62,939 bases of DNA, filler included, from Choristocarpus tenellus KU-1152 (GCA_964200185.2; 9 parts of 9 records of this genome joined end to end with filler, not necessarily neighbours in it); one strand, 5' to 3'; shown: positions 25,552 through 38,530, counted from the first letter of the whole stretch. Numbers and translations: made by a program. Notes: generated by a model from the letters alone, not told the origin.

Positions 25552-26284
25552 AAATCCGGATTTGTATTCCATTCCTCAACATTGAGTTCTACTAAGTACT
25601 CGGAGTACATAATTTGTTTATGATGAGATTAATGGATAGAAATGACAAGTACATCTTCATCAATCCTTCATCCTTCCCATACAAGTGTTTGCGCATATTT
25701 TTTCCTACTGATTTGTAAGGCGTACATGAGTTCAATAACTTGTTTGTCCGATGTGTGGAAAGTTTATGAAGTAATCTGAGCTCTGCGAGAGTGAGAATTC
25801 GTAGTAGTAGATTGGTAAACCAGGTGACATAGGGGAAAGGGGAAAGGGAAAAAGGGTACCTAGGGTAGACGAAAGGGTTATTTGTCGAAACTGATTGGGT
25901 ATCCGACAAATCAATAGAAAATGAGTGGATGGAAGGGAGGAGGCTGGTCCTCCTAACCCGAACCCGAACCCTAACGCTAACCCAGATATCATAAAAATAA
26001 CAGCAAATAGAGGTCAAGTGAAAAAAAAATGCAATTTATGATCTGAATACTGTTGTGAACAAAATACTGAGTTAAAGTAAACAAGAGGCACCCACGTTTT
26101 GCCTATTTTGTGTTCTTACCCATTTTTTTTTCTTTTGCAATTTATCCATATTATCCGTATTATCTATATTTCTATGGATGAATTGCTAAGTTTGACTTAA
26201 GAACGTTGAGTTCCCTATTGCTTGAAAAGCTTCGACAAAATTCAGGAAATATCCTATGTAGAAGTATCAGGGCGTCAAAGTTCT

Positions 26285-26670
26285 CTGTAAAAGGGGGAAA
26301 ATCACAATCACCGAACTGAACTCATCCACAACAGAGGCCGAGACCAAGTTTCTCAGATCTTGGTCCAGCATCCCAACGTCAGTTGAGGAAATTCAGAACA
26401 GAACCAAAACCTTAGTGCACAACAGATATCACAGAATGATTGAGCATCGTCACAGCAGGAAAATGGATCAGTCAGTATCGGAATTGATCTTCGTTCTGGC
26501 ATTCCTTTTGACTGTTTGGTCAAATCCGGATCCTATGGGTGTGTCTGGTTTGTGGACTGGTCGACATGGGCAAGTTCGATGACGTGGTTGGTGCGCGTAT
26601 TACGTGTATGGCCGCGCACCATATCCACAAAATATGTGTGGGAGATCCCAAAAGAAGACCTGTCCCTAAC
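26285..26670 (+). repeat. Dispersed repeat, copy 2 (homologous to 190-575)
   Basis: Aligns with the reverse complement of 190-575. Confidence 0.8.
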
Positions 26671-28392
26671 ACCTATTAACCATTTGTAAAAATAGACGGA
26701 TTTCGCACATATTTGCCACCATAATTTGAATGAAAATCTTGGTACCTCTTGATTACTTGCACTTACTATTTCGAGTACGAATTATATTGGTATTGATAAT
26801 CGATATTGATAGTAACGATACCGATAATATTTACAAAATGAAAAAAATGTGAAATATACTGTAGTATTAGTATTGCTGGTAAAGATATTTGTAACCAACA
26901 CTAACAATGAAATAGTGGAAATATACCACTAAGTAGCCACAGTGTGTGTGTATAGTCTTTGCCTTGGGAAAAAGAAACTCCATCATCAGCTAGCTCACAT
27001 CATACTCCAGCTACAACATAAGAAATAGCACAGGTGGGAGCTATACCTGCAGAGGAGGAGCGGATATACTCACCATCTATTCTTCTGCTTTTAATCTGTA
27101 ACAATACTTTACTACAGTGGTCAACATGAGTACTGCTATTGTAAAACATCAGAGGGGATGGTCGAGAGTCCCACACACGACAGCATCATTTCTTCTTATA
27201 CTACAAGAAAGAATGTGATCAATTTGTGGCAAGTATTTCGTGTCTCAAGTAAATATAGTAATTGCAATTTTAATTGTTGATCAGCCTGTGTAGCGGTGGT
27301 ATCACAGACCTCCATAGCAGATGTAAGGAAGAGGTTGCTGGTGTGCACATGGTCAGGTCAGCTTCTAGAAACAAAAGCATTGGCAAAGATTCGCATACCC
27401 TACAATATACAACATAATTGTACACAGGAGATTTATCAATGTCTGCCCTGAAGAAAAAACTCAAATCTAACACCTAGGGTGAAACAACACTACTTCACCA
27501 GAGTTGTCTTTAAGATCAGGTACACATGTCACTTAGATTTATGATAAACATCTATCATATGTAAGTACTTCAGTATGTGTGAAATGATCATACCAAGGTG
27601 TAGGTCATACATGCCCAATACATTGAACTCCTAACCACAACACAATGTGAAGCTTCATGAGCATCAGGTACACACAAAACAGGCAGAGGTACACCTGATA
27701 TCATCCCTGCTATTTTCCAGGGCAACGGCTACATGTGCTATCATTTCCTCATGTGGGTCTAAGTTCATTGTGTATGTAATTCTGCAGCTCACCCTGGATT
27801 GCAGTGCTGGGTCCGGGTGCATACCTTTCTGAATGACCTGGAGTAGACACAACAGTATCTTAAAAATGTCCAGCACATCAAGTATACTTTTGTTGCCACT
27901 CACAATGTTAGCATATCACGTGAACTTACTCAGTGTGTCAGGAAACTCCACGAACCAATGTCAGCCAAGTAAATACGTCATACTACAACATGTGGTCAGT
28001 AGTAGTACTAGGTAATTTTCAACCACAGGCAGGTTCAAGAGTGAGAATTTGAGGCATCTTCCACTGCTCAAGGAGTTTTCACCCTGTTCACAACAATAGT
28101 CCTTTCATCGATTCCATTTTAAGCACCGTGGATTAACCATCCTGAGGAAGCTAAGCCCGTACAGCAACAAGGCACACTAGCGCAAGTACGAACAATCAAG
28201 TCCAAAAAATTCCACCTTTTGCACCAGGCAAAATGCACAGAGGCACTAAAAGAGGACAAAACGTATGAACCCTCTTTCCACCATGCCATGAGGCAAAGTA
28301 TGGAGCAAGAACAACACCGCAACTCTCCTCTCTCACTGCCACTTTCCCCAAGGCTATGGGCCGCCCTGGGAGCATCAACAGTAGCTTCAAAA

Positions 28393-31300
28393 CTAGCGGA
28401 AGCGCCTGAGGGACAAGGTGTTGCGACGCTTCCATGCAGCCCTGCGGGATGAGCCAATGAGGTTATTGGCACGGTGACCGCGCTTACGGAGGCCACGGTG
28501 TTTGCGCCCCGCAGAGGTGAGCCCACGGCACTCACGGTGTTTCATGACTGGTGCCACTATCCAGTTGATGCGGGGGTCATTGCGGACAACTGTGTGAGAT
28601 GGGTCCACCAAGATGACCTAATGAACAAATGCAGAAGAGAGGCATAAAAGGTGTGGCAATTTCTGTTAGAAGACTGCATACAGGAATTGCAAAACAGCAG
28701 GTGCCGCCGTACCTTTGAAGGATCTCTAGGAAGGAAAACGACACGTCTAGATCCAGGATACTACAAACATTTATCACCCTCAAGGTGCTTTCCTCATCTC
28801 AGGTCACTTCAATCATGCCACCAACAAACAGAAAGCCTGAACTGCAATGGATGGAGTACCTTCAACATGCCAGTACACTAGTGTGCCATGATAAGACCAA
28901 CCCCTAATACAATAAACACAACTTAAAGGTTACAACCACAGCAGGCTAATACCATAAAATGCACTAAATGCTTTGCCATCCCCCAAAAAATCAACCAAAA
29001 ACACACTCTCCTCACCTCATAGTACTTGAAGGTAGCATCCTGGTTAACCCAGTATGAGTTCAACACACGCATGTTGGAAAACTTTGCCCCAACACGCTCC
29101 TCAGCAACAGACTTGAGATTGCGTACAGCCTTGATCTTGTTGATACCATGGTGCTTGGGCTTACCTGTACACAACCAACAAAAACAATGGAAGGCATGGA
29201 GGTAGAATCACTAGGCGTACAACATTTGAGTCACACTAACATTCTGTTTTCTTCTATCTTAGCATAATAGTGACTATAAAACTCCCAGACTCAACTACTA
29301 CTGACTAGTTAAAGGACCCACACTTGTAGCCCATTGTCAAGCTCATCAAAACGACAAGTTGACTTTGAGAGATAGTTCAGGGGAAAAAAATAGCAGTTCA
29401 AAAAGGGTTTTTTTTGTGATGTCACTTGACACATATCAAGCCAACTTGAACACCATGTGCTACAGCACTTGAATTTTGTTACCTGATTGTGTCTCTACCT
29501 ACTGTCAATCAGCTCCTTTAGTTCCTACGATAGAAACACATGGTATTAGCAGGACAGCACCATCATACAGGAAACTCACGATGACATATTGACGTCTGTC
29601 AAATGAATTACACCGTACATTTTGATGTTATGAAATTAGTATTTTCAACGATTAGCTTGTAACCACCACCACAAAACACAAAGTATCCTGCAAGCCCTAG
29701 AAGACAGTGACTACATCAACCAATAACCTCGTAAAGACCCTTCAAATTACAAAGGGATACATATAGCCAAATGAAAGATAGCGCCACCCAGGAGATGCAG
29801 TGTCACTCCGTTTGACCCTGAACCAACAAAAAATGTATCCAGTGATAAACCCTTGATGTTGTTACCCCATCTATGAACAAGCAGTAACAGCACAATCCAC
29901 ACCACAGCTAAAAAGAACGGAAGTCATAAAAAACAAGAATTAACATTACAATGAAATCGGTAAAGGACATATTTTGAACAATCGAGGGCTGCAGAGTCAA
30001 CGAATGCTGAGCTGCCGGGCAAAAACATTAACGCCTCCAACAGGTCTCAGCATGCATATCCAAACCCACGAAAAGTTCTGACACAACTGCTTGTATAGCA
30101 ATAAAAATATACCCGAGAAACCAAACGAATTTTCAGTTCAGCGGTTCGGTCTTACAATTAATTGAACCAAAGCCTACTGAGACATTATGACACTTTATTG
30201 CAAAAAATAGAACAACACTACAAGAAGACCATGACACCAACTAGCACAGTTCTTTGTGTCTCTGGGGATATACTTTCAAAAGTCTCACCATTCAGAAACA
30301 TGTTCTTCATACACCCTCTCCATAGGAGTGCTCTTAAAAAAGACCATCTTCATTAGTGATCAGTACTATCTTATTTTGTAACGAATCAGGCGTGGCAAGG
30401 CACTACAACAACGATCCACTCGTAAGGAGAACAGGGTCAAAGATATATATTACTGTGTCAATCAACTGCACATTTGTTTCAAGACACGGAGGTACACCAG
30501 GAAGGCGTTGAAGTCAACATTTGCAGCAACAACACAATTTTTTGAAAAAAATGTATACTAGAACATAATTTACAGTGATGACTAAAGAGTACAATTACAA
30601 TTCCGTAACTAACAGCACTCATGCATCTTCCTCTCCCCTCAATTCTACCCTGCTGCTGTCACCCCCATTCCCATCAGATTTCACTTCTCACATCAAGAGC
30701 ATGAGACAAAGTCACAGAAACACCTTTCCCACTGTCCACATCACACACGAAAAATTCAACTTAATCCAAATCTACAGATAGAATTGACTACCCCCACTAA
30801 GAAACTACCAAAATAGGACTCACCGTACACAATACCCTTGGCATTAGGCCTCTTGCGCCCCCCACGGCGAACAGCCACACGTACAACAGTGTATCCCTGC
30901 TCAACAATAGTGGTTGTGGTTGTGGGGGGGGGGGGGCATGGAGGAGAAAGGGAGACTTGAGGATTTGATCCACGAAAAAAATCAGGGCACAATGATTCTC
31001 TAACTTGCCAATTGTAGGAACACATTTTTCAACATGCACATTAAAAAAAAAACGACGGAAAGAAACGCCTGCCTGTTGACTTTGAGTCAGCTCTGAAGAA
31101 ACTGTCTTTTAAGGTTAGGGTTGAGGTGAAGTGGAGTGCGAAGAGATTGCTCTGGTGTTTGGCGGACAATCAATTGCTTCCTCTAACAAACGCCTGCTTA
31201 TTCCATTCTCTTGATAAAATGTACAACATATCTTTTATGTACCAGAGGCAACCATTCAAGAGTTTCCAACTCGATAATTTGTTTGTCATCATTTGTTGTT

Positions 31301-32774
31301 AGATTAGAAGTCTGTTCTTCTCGCATGGATGTGAACTTGTTTCTCGGACCCCTTTTATCTCCAACAACGTAAGAGGGTCAAACAGCGCAAGGCGTAACGA
31401 AGGAGGTATACCCAAAGTAGGATATACTATACACACTTGTCTCCAAGATTGCAGAGAAATTCTGGACTCAAAACTTTCAATTGAACAAAAATAAACTTCA
31501 TTCAAGAGTATTAGAAAAACCCTTTTGCTGAGAGTTTCTACCATCTCCTTTCACACTGTGTCTTATCGGTGTCACAAGGTTTGATACCTTATCGATCACA
31601 CAGGCATCTCGTCCCCTCGTGTTGAAGACAATACTTTTAGGTGGTTCAAGCAAAAGATTTAGAGCGATGGGAAAGATGAGACTTTTGACTTGCGGATATT
31701 GACCGGTACAGAGATATTCGTGCAAGAGGTGAAAAGGACTGCATACTGACGTTTTGAAGTGAGCTCCTGGGGTGCTACCTGTACCAAACGGTCTTCTACC
31801 CATACTGTTCAGTATGAAGGAATAATGGACAAAGCCCTCAAAATACATGCGGAGTAATAGTACCCTATGCAATGTAACATACATCCTTGATAAGCATGCA
31901 TACCATGGAAATAGCCTAAATAACAGCGCGTGGACTAGATCCACATATATTGGAGGTCTCTGAGCCCGAGAAGTAGCGATCTCCGAGTCGCTCAAGGCAC
32001 GGAGTACCTTGCCACAAAATTGATGATCCAAGAAACCTACAAACCAACCAGAGCAAACCGGTGCAGTTCTAGGGTGTACCAAGAGACATGGGACCGGGAC
32101 TAACATTGCAACCTTGGGAAGGGTTAGCAAAATGCTAACACACAATGCATACATGCCGCAACACTCGGTATGTCCTTATGCCACAACTCTACCCAAAGGT
32201 TGTTGGACTTCGACACAACAGAAAGTAGTCTTGACCAAACTGAGACGCTCCTAGTACCTCATGTATTAGCAGGGTGACAACCCCATGAGTAAAATAGCGA
32301 TGAGCTACACACTCAAAAACACCTACCCCAGGACTCTTGTGGGGTGATTTCTTGCATGGCATCTGGGGATAGGCTAACCTTTAGCTGATGATAAAAATTT
32401 TAGTTCTCTACTCGAATAGAATCAGGGCGCGTAGTTGTTGGGCATGCTAGATGCCCACAACCATTCATGAGAGAGTCTTCGTGGACCACGACAAGAAGAT
32501 AGACATCAGTGCATTGTCACGAACAAAACTACTCGATCATCCCTAAGAACAAATGGTGATCTTTTCACTCCATAATTCTCTCCACAATGCATTTTTTGCT
32601 TGCCTGCTTAGCCTTGTAGCCTAGGCGGTGGGCCTTGTCAGTCCTGGTTGGTCGTTGCACCTTGATGATACGGGGAAGCTGGCGGTACTCCCACGCGCGC
32701 ACACGCAGCACGAACCGTAGCACATCACTTTGCTTCTTCCTCCAGAGCTCCTCCACGTACTTGTAAGCTCCCAT
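28393..32774 (-). CDS. RPL15: 60S ribosomal protein L15 (eL15), complete, 4 exons, 205 aa
   Basis: Exons 32774-32604, 30896-30824, 29164-29016 and 28617-28393 total 618 nt. The splice phases are consistent. The protein reads [21 protein letters not shown]...[88 protein letters not shown]. Intron 1 is GC-AG. Confidence 0.98.
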
Positions 32775-33133
32775 CTTTGCACTAGCCCCCTGCAGTGCCC
32801 AACCACCGGTGCTGTGGAATGGTGGCGATGAGGCCACTCGTTTGTTGAGGGTTAGGGATTTGGGATTTAGTGTTGGAGGTATCGGTAAATAAGGTAAGAA
32901 CTCATATTGTACCGTTGTTGGAAGTGGACCAATTATAGTGTAGAAAAGGTAGTCCAAGAGAACCTATGTGTAAGGATTAGGGATATTAGAGACATCATTT
33001 TCCTAACTACTCTACAGCAATATTGATACTCTCAAACAGGACTTATGCATCGCACGCTCGACCACCTTTGCTCCTGAGTTTGAGACCTTTGAGGTCATAT
33101 TTTCCTTCCGGTTACACTTGTTGGTATGGAGAT
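32775..33133. promoter_or_regulatory. Putative bidirectional promoter/5'UTRs between RPL15 and the TAF1C-like gene
   Basis: 359 bp between divergent ATGs (32774 and the inferred 33134). Contains TTAGGG-like motifs at 32849-32870 and 32971-32985. Confidence 0.55.
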
Positions 33134-34702
33134 ATGGAAACCGACTTCATCAACCGTCGCGAGTTCAACTTCTCGCTGGAATCAGGTTCGAGTTTGGAGT
33201 CTATTTTTGTTGCTCGCAATACCTCGATCAGTGCAACGATGAGATAAGTTTGAGTTACCTTTGAGGTGAATGTCCTTCTTACAGAATCTTCCAACATCAA
33301 TCTTCCACCCTGATCTATGGAATAAACTGCAGACCTCATCATCACTGCTGTCGGTGCGCCAGTGCCTCTCCTTCGCAACCCTCCTGGGTACATCTCGAGA
33401 AGGCGATCAAGTCGTAGTCGGTGGCAGACGCCAGGCTATCCCACCTGGGAGGTAACCTCGAGATTCCTACGCGACCATAATAGCGTACTTATTCCTGCCA
33501 ACATGCTTCACGAGCTAGTGCATGAGGACAGGTGCGTTCGATTTCCAAGGTCTAGGCAAGGACTCAAACCTGTGGATTGAGCAATACATTGAAGCTTTTC
33601 GTAAATCGTTGCAGAATGCGATTTGATCTCGTCAAGTCCACTCTCGAACTGACTGTATTTTTACTTGATACCTTACATTCGTGTATCCTATTTTCACATG
33701 TTGCAGCCTCCTCCAAGGGAGGGTTTGCAAATCCGACGGACTGTACCCAAACAGTGCAATACCGTCTTGGCAAGGCTCGTCTCTGGAACACCTTCAAGCA
33801 GGCAGTCCCAGGCCGTGGAATTCTCCCCCGCTCTTGACATATGCTGCAGGCCATGAAACGAGCGAAATGCATCTACGTTCTCTTCAACCATGGTGGAAAG
33901 TTCCGAACGGGGGTTGTCACAGTGAAGAGATGGACGGAAAGGGAGGGTACAAAGCTGATCGATTACCCCTTTACTCGGGCCCTGTTCGGCAGCTCGCTGC
34001 TGCCAGACCTCTTCCCGGATGCCTTCCGAATGTTTTCGCCAGGTGTGACTACAGTGCCACGCTAATAGAGGTTCGGCACGGTGCGAGGTCAGATGAGGCG
34101 ACAGAACGATCGACTGATTCAAAGAACCACCTCAGACCTTTGGAGAGACTAGAGTTTGGGCATTGCATAGCTTCTGTGGCTTGCTCCCCTCACACACACT
34201 CGCACGCAGCCTTTCTGGATGAAGACTGCCGTCTCTTTGAGTGGAACGCCGGTAGGGGCACCACCATGTATGGCCATGGGCCCCTACCCGTCCCAGGTGT
34301 TGAGTACGAGAGGAGCGATGCTGGGAAGGGCAGCGGCTGTGGCGGTAGGAGCAAAGTTGCAGCAGGGGGGAGTACAACCGGTGGTAATAAGACAATAACC
34401 TTTGGGCATCATCCCCGAACTGTGTGGGTGGTGGCGGGGGGAAGTGCATTCCGAATTGACTTGCGAAGGGCAAGCCCTCGGGGCCATGGAGCTCTGGGGC
34501 GATTGGACATGACCCTGGAGCCTCTACCTTATTATCGACCCCAGACTCGGGCAGGGGATGGGGGGGGGATTGGTCCATGGTCAGAAGTTCCAATGGCTAA
34601 TGCATTATCTGTGGGTCAGAAGACGGTTCACGAGGTGTATGTTTCACTAGGGATGCATCTGGTCTGTATGGATGACCGCTTTCCCAAGGGGACTGTGGCC
34701 AG
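33134..34702 (+). CDS. TAF1C/Rrn6-like beta-propeller protein (RNA polymerase I SL1/core factor subunit), 5' part; 3' exons not found before the contig end
   Basis: Exons 33134-33185, 33333-33531 and 33707-34702 join in frame at GT-AG sites, with donor AG|GTGAGG at 34702. Motifs SVACSPH, FGHHPRTVWV..FRIDLR and HLVCMDDRFP..VAR match recalled TAF1C/Rrn6 blocks (SPH, F..HPR.l.v, l.D.R.P..pv..W). The exons are well supported; the identity is inferred from motifs. Confidence 0.7.
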
Positions 34703-35948
34703 GTGAGGTAGGTGCATTAACAAAGGGTGTGTTGGATGTGTAAGGGATAGCAATGAGAGCAAGTGCATGAAAGATTTGGGAGACAGTGGTTCAATTGAGT
34801 TGATACTTCAAAAGCTCTTGAAAAAGGTGGAGTGTAGTACACGGAAGGATGATTGTGAGTACAGTTGGTTGGATGGATGAGATGGCGACATTTGATTGAT
34901 CAAAAGGAGATGGGTGGATGGGATGGATACATTTGATTGGTCAAGAGAGAATACGGGAGGTTTTGAACAGGGCACCAAGTTCAAGATTGTCGGTGTCAGG
35001 AATAGTGTGACTGATTACCACCGTGAAAGAATTGACTGACAGTCTAAAGTATTGAATGTACTCCGCCTAATGTAGAAACGAATATGGACAATATATCGCA
35101 GGCTCTTACCACCAATCCGCCGATCTCCCCAATATTTGGTTGGATGAAACCTCCGATTTGGCCTCAAGAATTGTCAACCCCGATGATGACTTCTTTGTTT
35201 GTGTTTGGTACCCAAGTTTTTGAACCGCATTTGGTTTCCTCTTGGTTCAGTGAAAGGATTGGCTATCTGCAATACCCCCTGCAAAGCGAAGGCCTTCCGG
35301 GTCCTTTCGTCCGATCTTGAGAAGCGATCCTCCAAAGTAACAAACCCCATTGTTGTTGCTTCTTGGTGCAGGTGTGCCTACCATTTATGAGGCGCCAAGT
35401 CTCTTTTCTCATGCGTTTTATTTTTCCACAGACAGCTGGGTGAATTTGCAGATTGTTCAACGCTCAGACAGCCGAATGACCCTAGTCCGTTTTGTGATCT
35501 CAATTTCTCGTGGGTGGTTAGTGTTGGGGAGTGTGGGGTCCGAGTTCGACGTGGTTCTGTCTGGGTTGGAGGCGTCCTCCGTACGCATTGCAGTGAATTG
35601 GTTATTTTTGTGGCACCGGCTATATATTGCCATAGCCCGCGTTGCCTGCTGGCGCTTCTTTTTTTTTTGCTCTCTGACTTCTTTTTTTTGTTAAGGCTGT
35701 TTAGGGTGTACCTTCCCCCTGATGAGAGATGGTACACACAATTTTTCGACTTCGTTCATTGGTGGAAAAAGAAAAGAAAAGAAAAGATAGAGAGTTGTGG
35801 CCTTTTGAAAATGAGAACCTTAGCCAGTGTGAATAGAGTGCGTTGTTCTGCGAATCGAAAATTAAGTCATTTATGAGTACGAGCTAAGTCGACTAGTAGA
35901 TGTTTGATGTACCCAATTACAAATTACAATCAAAATGTGCCTGCAATG

Positions 35949-35978
35949 GGGTCAAAGTATCTGGGGGGGGGGGGGGGG
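35949..35978. mobile_element. MITE family B left end at the contig break
   Basis: gggtcaaagtatct followed by poly-G just before the linker. Confidence 0.75.
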
Positions 35979-35989
35979 TTTGTTTGTTT

Positions 35990-36089
35990 NNNNNNNNNNN
36001 NNNNNNNNNNNNNNNNNNNNNNNNNNNNNNNNNTTAATTAATTAANNNNNNNNNNNNNNNNNNNNNNNNNNNNNNNNNNNNNNNNNNNN
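35990..36089. other. Artificial contig linker
   Basis: N44-TTAATTAATTAA-N44. Confidence 0.98.
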
Positions 36090-36133
36090 CTACCAAAAGA
36101 CTGGGCTCTTCACCTCACACCCATTGCCTTCAG

Positions 36134-38122
36134 CGGGTATAAGTACGTGGGGAACAAGAATACCAACAATGAGGCGGAGTACTGGGGGCTTATCATTGGT
36201 CTGCGTGCAGCGGTGCGACTCTGCCCCGGAAGCATAATCATTGTGAAAGGTGACTCCAAGCTGATCATTGAGCAGGTGCGAGTCGCCCCCCGACCCACAC
36301 CGTGTCGCTAAACACCAACTTCAAGCAAATATGTCTCGCTACCTTTTTATTGCGTCGATCATCGAACTAGTTGATACATTATTCATATGCTACTGCGGGA
36401 CGTGGTATATCCATGCTCGTTTGTTTGACTGTCAATGTATTGATGTCGGAAAATGGTACACCCTTCTCTTGGTTTCGGTTGACACAGATGAATGGCAAGT
36501 GGCGAGTATCAGCTCCCAATCTACAAAATCTTCATCGAGAGGTGTGCACTAGCTTTCCTTTGCTTCTGGTTAGTCTTTACCTAGTTCTTCATGATGTCGT
36601 GTATGGAAGCCGCTGAGATGTGTTCGTGATGCCCACTCTTGCCGTCTGTGATACGTTGGAAATGTAGAAATGAACAATATCAGGCACAGAGATCTTCTGC
36701 ATCCTCGATATTCGAACTTGTCTGCCTGTTTTTCACTGTTGCTCTTGTTAGCCATATTGTGTCCAGGGTGATGCGATGAACCATGCATTTAAGATGCTGC
36801 CTCAACATGTGAGTGAAGTTTCCCAGTCAACAGACAACGGACAGATACAAAAATATGTCTCATCTTCTTCTACTCAGGTCTTTATTGTGATGATGACCGG
36901 TGGCACTAGGTGCATCACTACTAGCAGCGCAAAGTATGTGAAAATAACCCCTAATATATTTTGTATATCGCCCAATGTGTGTGTCCTTAGCCCACCACTC
37001 AGTTGTTCCGCCCCCCTTTCGATGGTGTTACGCATCCAACACCTTCAGGCAGTTAGTCTTGTGTCAAAACTGCATGATGTACAGTGGATGCATTTGCCGC
37101 GAGCTGCCAATGCACGTGCAGATGAGCTGGCAAATATGGCAATGGATACTCGTGTTGATTGGGAGGGCTCCAGTCAATTCAGAGGAGATGCCAGTGGTTT
37201 TACAGGTGCACCCATTGCCTCTGCAGTTAATGATACCAAGCCATATATTTCTGTACATGATGCCAAGCTGTATGTTGTCCACCTCGCCAAATATGGCACT
37301 GCAGCAGCTGCTATTCTACACAAGGTGGTGCCACCAGGAAAACTACGGGCAGTGCTGAGGGTGGCGCGTTGTGCAATGACTACACCTGGTGAAGGTGGCA
37401 GTAGAGGGGGCAGTGGCAAGCATCAGTCTGCTAAGGATTCTTCCACATACAGCATGTTTCGTGTTCTTGCTGAGGTTCTCGATGAGGCCTCAGGGGATGG
37501 TCATGTGAAGGTTGTCACCAATGACTCTAGTGTGAACACGAACCTCCATCATCTCAAGGTCTGAGCACAGGTTGCATAAGGGGGGTGTACAAAGTGTGTG
37601 GGTTGGGGAAAAATTCCGCAAGCATGTATGTCGCTAACATAGTTTTTGCAGCAGCAGAAAGATTTTGACACCTGAGCCGTTATGATGCATATCCTACCTC
37701 ATAGTTTAGGAGGGTGTGAATCATGATGCATGCTTTCGGCACAGTCCCTGGCATTTAAGTATTCCTCTGTGCTGGGCTGTTTCCTGCACCCCTTGTTGCT
37801 CTCAAACACTCAGAGGAACATTGGTGCAGTTCCTGACAAAGCCCTTGAGTGCATTGCAAAGCAGTGGAGCAAGTTCAGAGGGGATTTTGATCTGGAGCTA
37901 GCAAAAGATGCAGAACAAGAGTTGGAGGCAGCACTCTGGTTGGCTCGTTCTTGCTCTGCTTCTGTTGGGGGAGCACCAGCAAATGGAGAACCCCTAGCAG
38001 CTATGCTTGGGCAAGAGACACGCCATGGGCAGCCAACTGAGGGGAGGAAGAGGAAGAGACAAGGTGATGGCCTCAACAAAGGTAGCAGTGGATTGGTCTC
38101 TGTGAAACCGGAGCCTTTGTAG
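36134..38122 (+). CDS. Ribonuclease HI-like protein (archaeal/actinobacterial/plant type) with a long C-terminal extension; 5'-truncated
   Basis: Exons 36134-36275, 36488-36541, 37049-37558 and 37745-38122 are joined by GT-AG introns and stay in frame. Motifs TNNEAEYWGLIIGL, KGDSKLIIEQ|MNGKWRV and WMHLPRAANARADELANMAMD. The exon with the first catalytic Asp lies upstream of the contig start. Confidence 0.9.
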
Positions 38123-38494
38123 TCACATGAAGGTGGGAATCGTCCTCTATTTGAAATAGTTGAGACACGAAAGTGGCCTGTGGGGGATAGACTGCTGGGG
38201 TGCAGTTGTAAGAATGCCTGCTGCGGTTTATATTTTTGATTAGCACGTATCATTGCATATGCTTGCTCATAATATACAGAACCATGTGAGGTGCAGTGCA
38301 CCTAACGGTTACACTTATATTTCTTAGGAGCTGCAGTGAGATGTATATATGTATTGGTAAGTACGTGTTGCATCTAGTCTTGTCAGAAACATGAAAATAT
38401 GTATCCGTCTGAGGGAATTTGTTTTTGCATCAAGCAATGTAGACCTACTCTACACACACGTAAGATACTATTAATGGTCTTCAATTCTTCTGTG

Positions 38495-38530
38495 CAGTAC
38501 CAGTACCAGTACCAGTACCAGTATCAGTAT
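38495..38530. repeat. (CAGTAC)n microsatellite
   Basis: cagtaccagtaccagtaccagtaccagtatcagtat. Confidence 0.85.

Noticed and set aside
28618-32603. Intronic C/D box snoRNAs in RPL15 introns (box C-like TGATGA at about 31286 and about 29343 on the minus strand)
   Set aside because: No box D (CTGA) at a suitable distance and no terminal stem seen. An Infernal/snoscan search would be needed to exclude them fully.
35040-35700. Coding-like segment downstream of the TAF1C-like exon 3
   Set aside because: No phase-2 exon continuing the expected R-W motif and no recognisable TE motif; left unassigned.
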